This document shows, one piece after another, positions 37,155 through 45,243 of a stretch of DNA of 47,135 nt (its first letter is position 1; every line of letters begins with the position of its first letter). The position numbers and the translations under genes are program-made. The DNA is taken from IMG/VR virus record IMGVR_UViG_3300024331_000046, positions 1 through 47,135 of that record; one strand, 5' to 3'. The notes below the pieces were generated by a model. The model did not search any database. It saw only the letters and a program-made list of their open reading frames with translations, and was not told the DNA's origin. The stretch is from a virus. Its lineage: Duplodnaviria > Caudoviricetes.

Positions 37155-37477
37155 GCCGCCCTCCGATGCCATTCGTCGGCTAGCCGCGTTGCCTCTGCGA
37201 ACAAGTCGATCCCATGCACGCGAAAGAAGCCCTGGTGCCCAAGCGCCTCGACCGACCACCGTGGCCCGTGCTGGATCAGGTGGAACTCGGGCGCCAAGGG
37301 AACGACCAGCCAATCGCTGCGCGCAATCCGCCCCGCCTTGTCGGCATAGCCCGTCACATGGTGGACGGTTGCCGGACGGCCGCACACGAGGCATCCCTGC
37401 GCCGCCACGAAATCATGGTAGCGCCGGAGCTCGGCGGGCTTGTAACGCGAGCGCGTCTTCAAGGCGGTGCGGCGCAT
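37151..37477 (-). CDS. DUF968/Ref-like Zn-binding nuclease
   Basis: GCLVCG...VHHV...VVPL..EFH. Confidence 0.7.
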   Translation of the reverse strand: MRRTALKTRSRYKPAELRRYHDFVAAQGCLVCGRPATVHHVTGYADKAGRIARSDWLVVPLAPEFHLIQHGPRWSVEALGHQGFFRVHGIDLFAEATRLADEWHRRAA

Positions 37478-37650
37478 CACGCCTGCGGCCCCTTGGTCAG
37501 GATTTCGTCGATGGACGACCGCGGCGGCAAGCCCTGCCACTCACGCGCTCGATTGATCTTCCGCAGCCGATAGTCTGGATCGCTCCAGTAGCGACGCTTG
37601 CGTACTTCAGCGAGGCGCTGGCGTTCCTTGAGGGGGGTAGAGAAGCTCAT
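37477..37650 (-). CDS. 57-aa basic hypothetical protein (not in ORF track)
   Basis: MSFSTPLKERQRLAEVRKRRYWSDPDY...; overlaps neighbours by ATGA and TGATG. Confidence 0.55.
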   Translation of the reverse strand: MSFSTPLKERQRLAEVRKRRYWSDPDYRLRKINRAREWQGLPPRSSIDEILTKGPQA

Positions 37651-38636
37651 CCGCCAGTGTGTCCAACGGTCAGAGGGGTGGGTTCCTTGCGCAGCGGCGG
37701 GTCCGCCAGCTCTGCTTCGCGATTGTTGTAGGCGGTCTCGAAGCGGCGGCTTTCGTCTCCGTCGAGCTCGGCGATCTTGCCCTCATGCTCCTCGATCAGC
37801 GATTGGAGGTCGCTGATGCTCTTGCTCTCCTGGACCAGCGACGCGAGGAACTGATAGTTGGTGCTGACCGACAAGTCGGCTCGCTTCTTCTCAATCTCGC
37901 CCTTGAGGCCCAAGTCCTCGGGAATGTTGGGGTCGCCCTCGACCAGCGACGGCCAGTCACGCATCGCCTGATTGATGGTGCGCTTGTGCTCCTTTTTCAG
38001 CGCCTCAAGGTCGTCCAAAGTCTCGACTTTTCGCACCGCCGTGATAATGTCGTTCACCGCCTTGCGGAGCTTGGTCTTGCAGTCGTGCGGGCCGTCCAGT
38101 TTCTCGCGAGCGGCGGGCTCTTTGACAGGTTCGACTTCGATGATCTCGCCGCTGTCGCGGTCGAACGTCACCATCTCCTCGGCCGGCGTCGTTGCCAGTC
38201 CGGCTTTCATCATCACGACCACATGAGCGAAGGCAGTCCGCCCGGCGCGGCTCATGGCTCGCGTTTGCGCCATTGCCCGGATCGCATAGTCGGCGCGCTT
38301 CGGAAGCGTCTTGCCGCGCGAGGGCCCGCCGTACCACGTCGGCTCATCCTCGCCGACAAAGCCCTCGGCCGTCGCGATGAGTTGCCCGTCAGACATGCGT
38401 CGGACTTCGCCAATCGCCCGGACGCCGCCCTCGACTCGCTCAACGTCGCGGGCGCTTAGGGCGCAGCCGTGAGCGATTGCGATTGCCTGCCAGCCTTCCA
38501 CGGCGACGTAGCGCCGACCCTGGATCGTGCTGGACGTGGCGACCACGATTTCCTTGCACATGTCGGCGGCTTCGGTGGATGCCCGGTAGGCTTCCACGTC
38601 AGCAGCGGCGCGGTTGATTACGGTGACTTCGTTCAC
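37647..38636 (-). CDS. putative single-strand annealing recombinase
   Basis: IQGRRYVAVEGW, AMAQTRAMSRA, TPAEEM; next to ninB; family uncertain. Confidence 0.6.
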   Translation of the reverse strand: MNEVTVINRAAADVEAYRASTEAADMCKEIVVATSSTIQGRRYVAVEGWQAIAIAHGCALSARDVERVEGGVRAIGEVRRMSDGQLIATAEGFVGEDEPTWYGGPSRGKTLPKRADYAIRAMAQTRAMSRAGRTAFAHVVVMMKAGLATTPAEEMVTFDRDSGEIIEVEPVKEPAAREKLDGPHDCKTKLRKAVNDIITAVRKVETLDDLEALKKEHKRTINQAMRDWPSLVEGDPNIPEDLGLKGEIEKKRADLSVSTNYQFLASLVQESKSISDLQSLIEEHEGKIAELDGDESRRFETAYNNREAELADPPLRKEPTPLTVGHTGG

Positions 38637-38779
38637 GAATTGCTCGGGCGGAGATTGTTGGCCTCCGCCCGCTCCCTTGAAGGTTGTTTGAATTTCGGCG
38701 AGCGCTCGCCCTGTCGTTCGATCATCCCAACCAAAGCATCGGCGAACATGTGCGCTCGGATTGCGTCGGTGTATTTCAT
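38633..38779 (-). CDS. 48-aa hypothetical protein
   Basis: RBS AAGGGG; GTGA overlap with the recombinase. Confidence 0.4.
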   Translation of the reverse strand: MKYTDAIRAHMFADALVGMIERQGERSPKFKQPSRERAEANNLRPSNS

Positions 38780-38784
38780 CCCCT

Positions 38785-39399
38785 TCATCGGGCGTCTCCC
38801 CCTTCGGGGGCCGGGCCGTCATGCTTCGCACCAAGCCCGTCTTCGCGGTCTTGGCCTTCGGTTTCCGTCCCTGACGCGAGCCGCACTCCGCTCAGCGTGT
38901 GGTAGTAGAAGCTATGCAGGAAGCCGCGGTGGATCGCGTAGGGGTCTAGCCGCTCGTGATATTGGCGGTGCAGCCAGATAGCGCGGCCTGACCGCCCGTT
39001 GCCGTCTGTGAACGGATGCAGCGTCTCATAGGCGACGTGCTGGCCCCACGGGTCACGCATGGCGAGAATGCGACGCAGCGCATCTTCGATGTGCGGGCCG
39101 CTCGGCGGCGCAATATGATCGCCGACGCGAACGCCAGGAATGTGCGCGGCGTTGCGGAAACGTGCGTCAGGCTGGAGAACGCTGACCAGCTGGCATAGCG
39201 CCGGGATGCAGATAGGCCCGCCGAGGAACGCGACGTGCGCGATGATATGCGCGTCTGTCGTCTCGTGGATGCCTTCGATGTAGTTGCTCTCGCGAACGAA
39301 GTCGCCGATCGCCGCGCGAGGGATGAGCGGCTCTGCTTGAGACAACGAAGATTGGCTCAACCGCGAAGCGGCGCCAGCCCGGTCCGAAGGACGCGCCAT
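38785..39399 (-). CDS. fic: Fic-domain protein (cassette 3 cargo)
   Basis: HPFTDGNGRSGR matches the canonical Fic motif; ESNYIEG. Confidence 0.9.
   Translation of the reverse strand: MARPSDRAGAASRLSQSSLSQAEPLIPRAAIGDFVRESNYIEGIHETTDAHIIAHVAFLGGPICIPALCQLVSVLQPDARFRNAAHIPGVRVGDHIAPPSGPHIEDALRRILAMRDPWGQHVAYETLHPFTDGNGRSGRAIWLHRQYHERLDPYAIHRGFLHSFYYHTLSGVRLASGTETEGQDREDGLGAKHDGPAPEGGDAR
38789..38878 (-). repeat. structured repeat element, left end of cassette 3
   Basis: Minus strand ..AGGGACGGAAACCGAAGGCCAAGACCGCGAAGACGGGCTTGGTGCGAAGCATGACGGCCCGGCCCCCGAAGGGGGAGACGCCCG. Confidence 0.8.
39314..39398 (+). repeat. structured repeat element, right end of cassette 3
   Basis: ..AGGGATG...GAGACAACGAAGATTGGCTCAACCGCGAAGCGGCGCCAGCCCGGTCCGAAGGACGCGCCA. 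Confidence 0.8.
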
Positions 39400-39716
39400 T
39401 ATGCTGCCCTCCGAGGCTTCTGAAGCTCAATCGTGAACCGCAGGTCGCGCTCGATGCCCTCGCGCAGAGCTTGCTCCTCAATCTCGGCAACCCGCGCCGC
39501 GTAAGCCGCCTCCGCCGCCGCCTTCGCGTCCACCACGTCCGCCAGCTTCGTCAGCCGGTACGCAGCCTGGATCGCGTCATGGCGCTCCTGCTCGGCTTCC
39601 TTGAGCTCGGCCTGCTTCGGGCCGTCGGGCGTCGGGCGGCCGAACAGCGCCGTCAGCATGTCGAAGTCGCCGCGGGTCGCGGTCGACGCGGGGACGGTGA
39701 CGAGGCGGTCGGTCAT
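39399..39716 (-). CDS. hypothetical protein
   Basis: RBS GGAG; helical; coupled. Confidence 0.55.
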   Translation of the reverse strand: MTDRLVTVPASTATRGDFDMLTALFGRPTPDGPKQAELKEAEQERHDAIQAAYRLTKLADVVDAKAAAEAAYAARVAEIEEQALREGIERDLRFTIELQKPRRAA

Positions 39717-40075
39717 GCCGGTTGCTCCGCGCGCAATTTGGCACGAGCCTCGAATGGATCTTGGCTGAACCCCGCCGGGCTTTCCTGAAGGTTCTCGAAG
39801 TCCGGATTGACGGCGCACCACATCGGGCGTCCGTCATCGCCGGTTCCGTCCATGAAGATGCGCGGTTCGTCTTCGCGCGGCCCGCCGTGCCCGGGGCAAC
39901 AGGGGCCGTGACAATAGGGGGCGCGGTTGTAACGCGGATTATAGTGCCGTTCGCGATAAAGCACGGCGAGCGGTAGCTGCGGCCCGAACGCCTGTTCATC
40001 GCAGAAGCCCGCCGGCACGCCCATCATCCACATCGGGACACGGCACTTGCCGCCAGCCCACTGCGGCGCGCTCAC
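39713..40075 (-). CDS. Cys-rich hypothetical protein
   Basis: GKC.VPMW...AGFC...C..HGGP; coupled. Confidence 0.6.
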   Translation of the reverse strand: MSAPQWAGGKCRVPMWMMGVPAGFCDEQAFGPQLPLAVLYRERHYNPRYNRAPYCHGPCCPGHGGPREDEPRIFMDGTGDDGRPMWCAVNPDFENLQESPAGFSQDPFEARAKLRAEQPA

Positions 40076-40389
40076 AGCGCCCACCCCGCAACGATCAGCG
40101 GAGCCACGAACAGCACCGCGACCGACGCAAGGACCAGCAGCGCGAACGCCGCATGATGCGCCGGCGCCGCGGCGACGTCGGACCAGAACTCGCGCCAGTC
40201 GTCGGCGAGGGTTGGCTCGGGAGCCGACAGATAGCAGAGCCGATGATGTTCGCCGGTTGCCAGCTGCCGCGCCGTGCAGTTGCAGACGGTCAGGTGCCGG
40301 GTCTCACGCAGGTCCGGCGCGAAGGCATCGCGGGCGGCTTGCTGCTCGGTCTCGCCGAATAGCGGGAAGACGTTGGGGCGGCGGTCCAT
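40072..40389 (-). CDS. hypothetical protein with C-terminal TM
   Basis: Coupled ORF. Confidence 0.55.
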   Translation of the reverse strand: MDRRPNVFPLFGETEQQAARDAFAPDLRETRHLTVCNCTARQLATGEHHRLCYLSAPEPTLADDWREFWSDVAAAPAHHAAFALLVLASVAVLFVAPLIVAGWAL

Positions 40390-40589
40390 TATGCGGCCTC
40401 TGCCATGATGCGGTCGCAGAGCTTGTCGATCGCGGGCAGTTCGAACTTCTCGGGGACAAGGATCGTGACCTTGTTCTGACCGCGGGCGTAATCACACCTG
40501 GAAAGGAGGCCGTGGTCACGAAGACGGCGAGAAAGACGGCGGGCCTCGGCCTTGCTGCTGAAGCACTTGGTTGTTTCGGTGATCGCCAC
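40389..40589 (-). CDS. first gene of the leftward early operon, hypothetical
   Basis: GTG start with GAAGGAG RBS. Confidence 0.5.
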   Translation of the reverse strand: MAITETTKCFSSKAEARRLSRRLRDHGLLSRCDYARGQNKVTILVPEKFELPAIDKLCDRIMAEAA

Positions 40590-40626
40590 TGATCTGCTCC
40601 TTCGGCTGGGTGCCGTTGGAGCTGTT

Positions 40627-40667
40627 TTGGACAATTCGTCCGACTAAGTCAAGGACAAAATGTCCAA
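40627..40667 (-). promoter_or_regulatory. leftward promoter/operator (PL/OL-like)
   Basis: Palindromes TTGGAC-N5-GTCCGA and GGACA-N3-TGTCC flanking a minus-strand TTGACT. Confidence 0.7.
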
Positions 40668-40672
40668 GGCGT

Positions 40673-40945
40673 TTAGGCCGGTTTTGCGTCCTTTTCCGGT
40701 GGCCTGGGCCGCGCGGGCGGGATTTTGCCGAGCAGGATATATTCCGGATCGCGGCCGACGATCAGCGCGAACCGTTCGATCAGGTAGTGAGGCAGCGGCG
40801 TCCGGTATTCGTACTTTCGGTAGCGGTCGGCCGGCACGCCTAGAGCGGTTGCCATTTGCTCGGCGGTCCAGCCCCTATCCTCGCGCAAGCGCTTCACGCG
40901 CTCGACGATGGCTGTCTTGAACTCTGCTTCAGGATTTCCGGCCAT
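40673..40945 (-). CDS. CI-like XRE repressor, HTH only
   Basis: RVKRLREDRGWTAEQMATALGV....YRKYE; divergent from the cro-like gene. Confidence 0.85.
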   Translation of the reverse strand: MAGNPEAEFKTAIVERVKRLREDRGWTAEQMATALGVPADRYRKYEYRTPLPHYLIERFALIVGRDPEYILLGKIPPARPRPPEKDAKPA

Positions 40946-40980
40946 GCGGCGAATATGCCGACACAGGGTCCAGTTGTCCT

Positions 40981-41019
40981 TTGACACGGTGTCTTGACTT
41001 AGTTGGACAGATAGTCCAA
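40981..41019 (+). promoter_or_regulatory. rightward promoter/operator (PR/OR-like)
   Basis: GACAC-G-GTGTC, TTGACT and TTGGAC-N5-GTCCAA; inverted copy of 40627-40667. Confidence 0.7.
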
Positions 41020-41029
41020 TCATCGCGGC

Positions 41030-41239
41030 ATGTCCGAAACTACGCTCACATGGCAGCTCGTTAACAGCGTCGCTGCCGACCTCGGCGCCAAGGAAGAAGC
41101 ACGCCTGAAATGGCGGCAGCGCGGTGTCCCGCCCAAGTGGCGCATCTCCATCGCCCAGGAGCTTATGCGCCGGGGCATCCCGGTCGCGCTCGGCGACTTC
41201 GACAAGCTCGACCTGAACCCCGGTCGGATCGCAGCCTAG
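41030..41239 (+). CDS. Cro-like protein
   Basis: VAADLG......KWRQRGVP; divergent from the repressor. Confidence 0.7.
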   Translation: MSETTLTWQLVNSVAADLGAKEEARLKWRQRGVPPKWRISIAQELMRRGIPVALGDFDKLDLNPGRIAA

Positions 41240-41427
41240 TGGCGCATGGGCAGGACCTTGGCTCGGCCTTCATGCCACTGGTCGATCGCCCGGTTGAGCC
41301 GACGCACCGCCTTCTTCGCGACCGCGATAGGCATGTGGTACTCACGACCTTTCCAGCGCGCGACGATGTGATCGCCCTGCGGCTCGTATTCGGCCGGTTC
41401 GTCCACGAAAATAGGAAGGTCGTCCAT
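41236..41427 (-). CDS. small hypothetical protein antisense to the rightward operon
   Basis: RBS GGGAG; AT-rich upstream region. Confidence 0.45.
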   Translation of the reverse strand: MDDLPIFVDEPAEYEPQGDHIVARWKGREYHMPIAVAKKAVRRLNRAIDQWHEGRAKVLPMRH

Positions 41428-41644
41428 CCGGAGCGCTCCCAACAAGAGCGACCGAGCGACAGAATTACAGCACCGTTACTATCGGAAATCAACTTATCAT
41501 TAAGCCCCACATTGGGACATGATTTGTGAATGCGCGGCACTCGGTCGCGCCCGGCGCAGTCACCGCTCACAGCCCCCGAGATGTGACTGCGTCGGCTCCC
41601 CTTAGCTTCTCCATCAGATTCGGCACGCATGGGAGGGGCCTTTA

Positions 41645-41983
41645 ATGGCAACCGCACCGAATTTCCTCGGAGGATTCCGCGCAACCGGTCGCGCCCGCAC
41701 CGAAGTGCTCGACGACATTGGCAGCGCTCTAGGGCAAGTCAAGCGCGCTCGCGGCCTCACCGCCGACGACATGCGGATTGTGTTCGGGCTGAAGGTTGAC
41801 GACCAGGTAGCCCGGTACATCGCAGGCGAGGCCGAAATGGGGATCGTCGCCTGGATGCGCGCTTGCGAGGCGTGGCCCGAGCTCACCGAATTGCTGGAAG
41901 AGACCATCGCCGAACGGGTGATGCGTGGTCGGCAACGCGCGCTGGACCTCGAATTGCCGATGCGTCGGGAGAAGGCAGCGTAA
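41645..41983 (+). CDS. CII-position regulatory protein
   Basis: RBS GGAGG; HTH-like; position. Confidence 0.55.
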   Translation: MATAPNFLGGFRATGRARTEVLDDIGSALGQVKRARGLTADDMRIVFGLKVDDQVARYIAGEAEMGIVAWMRACEAWPELTELLEETIAERVMRGRQRALDLELPMRREKAA

Positions 41984-42258
41984 TGGCTGCGCGGATCAGC
42001 CAGCCGTACAAGCGCAAGCTGAAAGCGGTCCTCCGCGAGCGCCATGGCGACAACTGCCATTGGTGCGGTAAGCCAATGTGCTTCGAGACGAACCAAGAGC
42101 CGCTTTCGGCTACCATCGAACACGTCATCCCTAAATCGAAGGGCGGGACGAACAAGCAGTCCAACCTGAGACTGGCCCACACGCGCTGCAACGAAGATCG
42201 CAGCGAGCCCACGCCGAGGCGCGTCCGGTCGCCATTCTATGTGCTGGTGCAATCATGA
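41983..42258 (+). CDS. HNH endonuclease
   Basis: CHWCG, TIEHVIPKSKGG, NLRLAHTRCN. Confidence 0.85.
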   Translation: MAARISQPYKRKLKAVLRERHGDNCHWCGKPMCFETNQEPLSATIEHVIPKSKGGTNKQSNLRLAHTRCNEDRSEPTPRRVRSPFYVLVQS

Positions 42259-42653
42259 CCGCCCGCGACATCCCCACCGAGCGCCAAGTCCAGCGCGCTA
42301 TTCTCGCGATGGCCGGCGTCTGCTTCAAGCAAGTCTATATCACCGCAATCCCCAACGGCGCTCACTTGGCCGGCGACGGGGTTGCCAGGTTCAAGCAGAT
42401 GGGAGCCCTCAAGGGCGACGGTCTCAAGGTCGGCTTCCCCGATCTGCTGTGTCTGTGGTCGCCCGGCAAAGGCTGTCTGATCGAGGTCAAGCGACCAAAA
42501 ACCGGGCGGCTGACCGACGACCAGATCGCCGTCCACGAACGCCTTCTCTCTCTGGGCTGGCGGGTCGCAACGGTCAACAGCGTCGAGGCTGCCTACAACT
42601 TCCTGATCGACTGCGGAGCGCCGTGCAGCGGTGAATTGAGGCTGGCGGCATGA
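42255..42653 (+). CDS. VRR-NUC domain nuclease
   Basis: GFPDL, IEVKRPKTGRLT..Q. Confidence 0.85.
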   Translation: MTARDIPTERQVQRAILAMAGVCFKQVYITAIPNGAHLAGDGVARFKQMGALKGDGLKVGFPDLLCLWSPGKGCLIEVKRPKTGRLTDDQIAVHERLLSLGWRVATVNSVEAAYNFLIDCGAPCSGELRLAA

Positions 42654-42922
42654 CACTCCCGCTCACCGACCGCCAAGAGCAACTCTGGCGCTACATCAAA
42701 TCGTGCGAGCGGTCGCCGACCTTCACCGAGATGCGCCTCGCGCTCGGGCTGGACAGCAAGAGCGGCGTGCATCGGCTCGTCACGTCGCTGGAAGAGCGCG
42801 GGTACATCAGCCGGATCAAGAACCGGGCGCGGTCGATTGTCGCGCTCGATCCTCCAGTCCGGCAGTTCACGCCATACCAAGCCGATGTCGTGAACCTCAT
42901 CCTGTTCGGGCGCATCTCGTGA
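42650..42922 (+). CDS. LexA DNA-binding-domain-like protein
   Basis: LTDRQ...YI...SPTFTEM..ALGL.SKSGVHRLV..LEERGYI.R...RAR; no protease domain. Confidence 0.8.
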   Translation: MTLPLTDRQEQLWRYIKSCERSPTFTEMRLALGLDSKSGVHRLVTSLEERGYISRIKNRARSIVALDPPVRQFTPYQADVVNLILFGRIS

Positions 42923-43179
42923 GCGCGCTGGACCTCCGTGACCGCTTCCCGTGGACAGAGGCAGAGCAAGCCTATGTCGTGGCCGCCAAGCGTGGCCATG
43001 TCCGCCACAAGGCCATGGCGCGCACGCTAAGGCGCTCACCTCGCGCGATCGACCAGAAGGTCGCGCGGATGAAGGAGCTCGGCCTGCTGAAGATGCACGA
43101 GCGGGAAGAGATCGAGCTTGTCGAGATTCTGCTGGCCGAGGCCGCGCTTCCTGAATGGTACCCGGAGGGTCGGCGGTGA
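42919..43179 (+). CDS. HTH-like hypothetical protein
   Basis: PWTEAE...MARTLRRSPRAI. Confidence 0.55.
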   Translation: MSALDLRDRFPWTEAEQAYVVAAKRGHVRHKAMARTLRRSPRAIDQKVARMKELGLLKMHEREEIELVEILLAEAALPEWYPEGRR

Positions 43180-43739
43180 GCTTCAACGTCGCCATGCTCG
43201 AAGCGATGCAAGCCGAGGGCTTGGACCTTGACGCCTGCATCCGCATTCTGCGTGCCGCTGGCCCCGATACGGCGGCAGAGAAGCGCCGTGCATGGGATCG
43301 CGAACGCAAGGCGGAAAAGCGCGCAGATGCCAAGGTGTCGGGTGGAAAGTCCACCGGAAATCCACCGGACGGGTTCCCCAATGATAGAGATATTCTAACC
43401 CCTCCCATTCCCCCCAATGGGATTTCTAACGAAATCCCTCCCCCCGCAGACGAAAATCCAGAAATCGAATTGAAGCCCGAGCATGTCGTCGAGGCCTGGA
43501 ACGAATTGGCCGTTCGACACGGCTTGGCAGCGGTGAAAAAGCTCACCCCTGAACGCCAGAAAAAGCTCCGGACGTTCATCCGCCGGCACACCATCGACGA
43601 CATCACCGAAGCCATCGCTGCGATACCCCGTTCTCCCTTCCTGCTGGGGCAGAACAATCGGGGCTGGCAGGCATCGTTCGACTGGTTCCTGGAACCGCGG
43701 AATCTGACCAAGCTGACTGAAGGCACCTATGCCCACTAA
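43176..43739 (+). CDS. putative replication initiator
   Basis: AEKRRAWDRERK, Pro-rich linker, C-terminal W.ASFDWFL...N.TKL.EG.Y. Confidence 0.65.
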   Translation: MSFNVAMLEAMQAEGLDLDACIRILRAAGPDTAAEKRRAWDRERKAEKRADAKVSGGKSTGNPPDGFPNDRDILTPPIPPNGISNEIPPPADENPEIELKPEHVVEAWNELAVRHGLAAVKKLTPERQKKLRTFIRRHTIDDITEAIAAIPRSPFLLGQNNRGWQASFDWFLEPRNLTKLTEGTYAH

Positions 43740-43902
43740 CCCCCTCAAAATCGCAGCATCGGCAGGCAAAGACCCCCCCTGGACCGCCCTGCAATACTAC
43801 CGCCGAGCCGTCGAAAACGGGGACCGCGAGAAGGCATCGTTGTGGCTCGCCGAAGCGAAGAAGCGCGGCGAGATCGTCGATCCATCCGAGCAGCGCCAAT
43901 GA
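43729..43902 (+). CDS. 57-aa hypothetical protein (not in ORF track)
   Basis: MPTNPLKIAASAGKDPPW...; RBS GAAGG; coupled. Confidence 0.45.
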   Translation: MPTNPLKIAASAGKDPPWTALQYYRRAVENGDREKASLWLAEAKKRGEIVDPSEQRQ

Positions 43903-43938
43903 ACCGCCCCACCACCATAGCCCTGATCGGTGCGATTC

Positions 43939-44592
43939 ATGGTTGAGCCAGTCATCATCGGGCGAGCCACGCTTTACCTCGGGGATTGCCGGGACATTCT
44001 CCCCAGCTTGCCGAAGGTGGACGCGGTTGTGACCGATCCGCCATATGGGATCAAAGCCGACCGCGACCGCAACAGCGAGCAATGGGGCTGGATCGACTAC
44101 GGTAGCGGCGGCTGGGACAACGCTCGTCCGGACGCGGAACTGATCGCCTTGGTCCTCGCTGCAGCCAAGCACTCGATCATCTGGGGCGGCAACTACTTCC
44201 CCGATATTCTGCCCGCCAATCCTCTAGCAAAATGGCTCGTCTGGGACAAGGGACAGGAGGGCTTTTCGCTCGCCGATTGCGAGATGGCGTGGTGCTCATT
44301 CGAGGGAGCTATCCGCCGCAAGTTCTACGCCCGCGCCTTGGCGATGCAGGACGGCAAAGAGCACCCGACGCAGAAGGCGCTTGCCGTGATGAAGTGGTGC
44401 ATCGAGCAGCTTCCGAAGGGCTGCGGCACCATCCTAGACCCGTTTATGGGCAGCGGCACCACAGGCGTCGCGGCTGTCCAGATGGGCCGCAACTTCATCG
44501 GAATCGAACGCGAACCCAAGTATTTCGACATCGCCTGCAAGCGCATCGAGGATGCCCAGCGACAGGGCGATTTCCTGCTGGAGGTCGCATGA
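43939..44592 (+). CDS. DNA amino-methyltransferase (N6A/N4C, beta class)
   Basis: TDPPYG precedes HPTQK and LDPFMGSGTTG. Confidence 0.92.
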   Translation: MVEPVIIGRATLYLGDCRDILPSLPKVDAVVTDPPYGIKADRDRNSEQWGWIDYGSGGWDNARPDAELIALVLAAAKHSIIWGGNYFPDILPANPLAKWLVWDKGQEGFSLADCEMAWCSFEGAIRRKFYARALAMQDGKEHPTQKALAVMKWCIEQLPKGCGTILDPFMGSGTTGVAAVQMGRNFIGIEREPKYFDIACKRIEDAQRQGDFLLEVA

Positions 44593-44774
44593 ACCGCGCA
44601 CCCACAATCCTGCTCATCGGTGCAATTCAAGTCGGCAAGATGTTCGTAACTGCTGTCGTTCTCATGGCTGCAATTCTGGGCGAATGCTTCGCACCGCGCT
44701 TTCGTGCCTTCGGCATCGAGCCGGTTCCCGTCTCGCCCCTTCGGGCTTCAATCGCTTTCGCAGGGGCCTGTTGA
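44589..44774 (+). pseudogene. 5' part of a small gene interrupted by cassette 4
   Basis: MNRAPTILLIGAIQVGKMFVTAVVLMAAI then runs into the element; MAAIEAVAFAQMALQGRNDG* resumes at 45524. Confidence 0.55.
44677..44756 (-). repeat. structured repeat element, left end of cassette 4
   Basis: Minus strand AGCGATTGAAGCCCGAAGGGGCGAGACGGGAACCGGCTCGATGCCGAAGGCACGAAAGCGCGGTGCGAAGCATTCGCCCA. Confidence 0.85.
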
Positions 44775-45043
44775 TGCCCTACCGTGTTCACCTCTGCTCG
44801 TTCGTCGAGGGCGTGTATGACGTTACTTCGCCGAGCGGGAAGACTGGCCTCACGTTCGAGGACAGCAATCAGTTTGGGCCGTCGAAGCTCAACATGAGGA
44901 CTGGCGAGCCGTCGCCAATCTCCGAGCGCCTGAAATGGTTTTGGGTCTGGTATCCGCGCTGGCGACAGGCGGGACGACCCACGACCGGCGAGCGCTCCAA
45001 TCAATACGGCACCTACAAAATCGCACAAGGAGAACTGCAATGA
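44774..45043 (+). CDS. hypothetical protein (cassette 4 cargo)
   Basis: TGATG-coupled start. Confidence 0.55.
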   Translation: MPYRVHLCSFVEGVYDVTSPSGKTGLTFEDSNQFGPSKLNMRTGEPSPISERLKWFWVWYPRWRQAGRPTTGERSNQYGTYKIAQGELQ

Positions 45044-45243
45044 CGATCAGCGTTCGAGTGAGCTGCAACGGCAATTACAAGTGCCCAGTCAGCTACAAGC
45101 AGGGCGACCGCGAAGAGAGCTTCACGCTGTCCGGTCGCGGCAAGGATGGTCCCGACGAGCGCTCCATCCCCTTCTACCATAGCGCGGATGTGATGACGCT
45201 CAGCGTTGGTCCTGAAGAGCAGGACAACGGCGAGGCGGAATGA
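45040..45243 (+). CDS. hypothetical protein (cassette 4 cargo)
   Basis: RBS AAGGAG; ATGA overlap. Confidence 0.6.
   Translation: MTISVRVSCNGNYKCPVSYKQGDREESFTLSGRGKDGPDERSIPFYHSADVMTLSVGPEEQDNGEAE

Noticed and set aside
31921-39410. Target-site duplications around cassettes 1-3
   Set aside because: Only 5-6 nt matches (e.g. TCATG, TCCAT), which are not distinguishable from chance.
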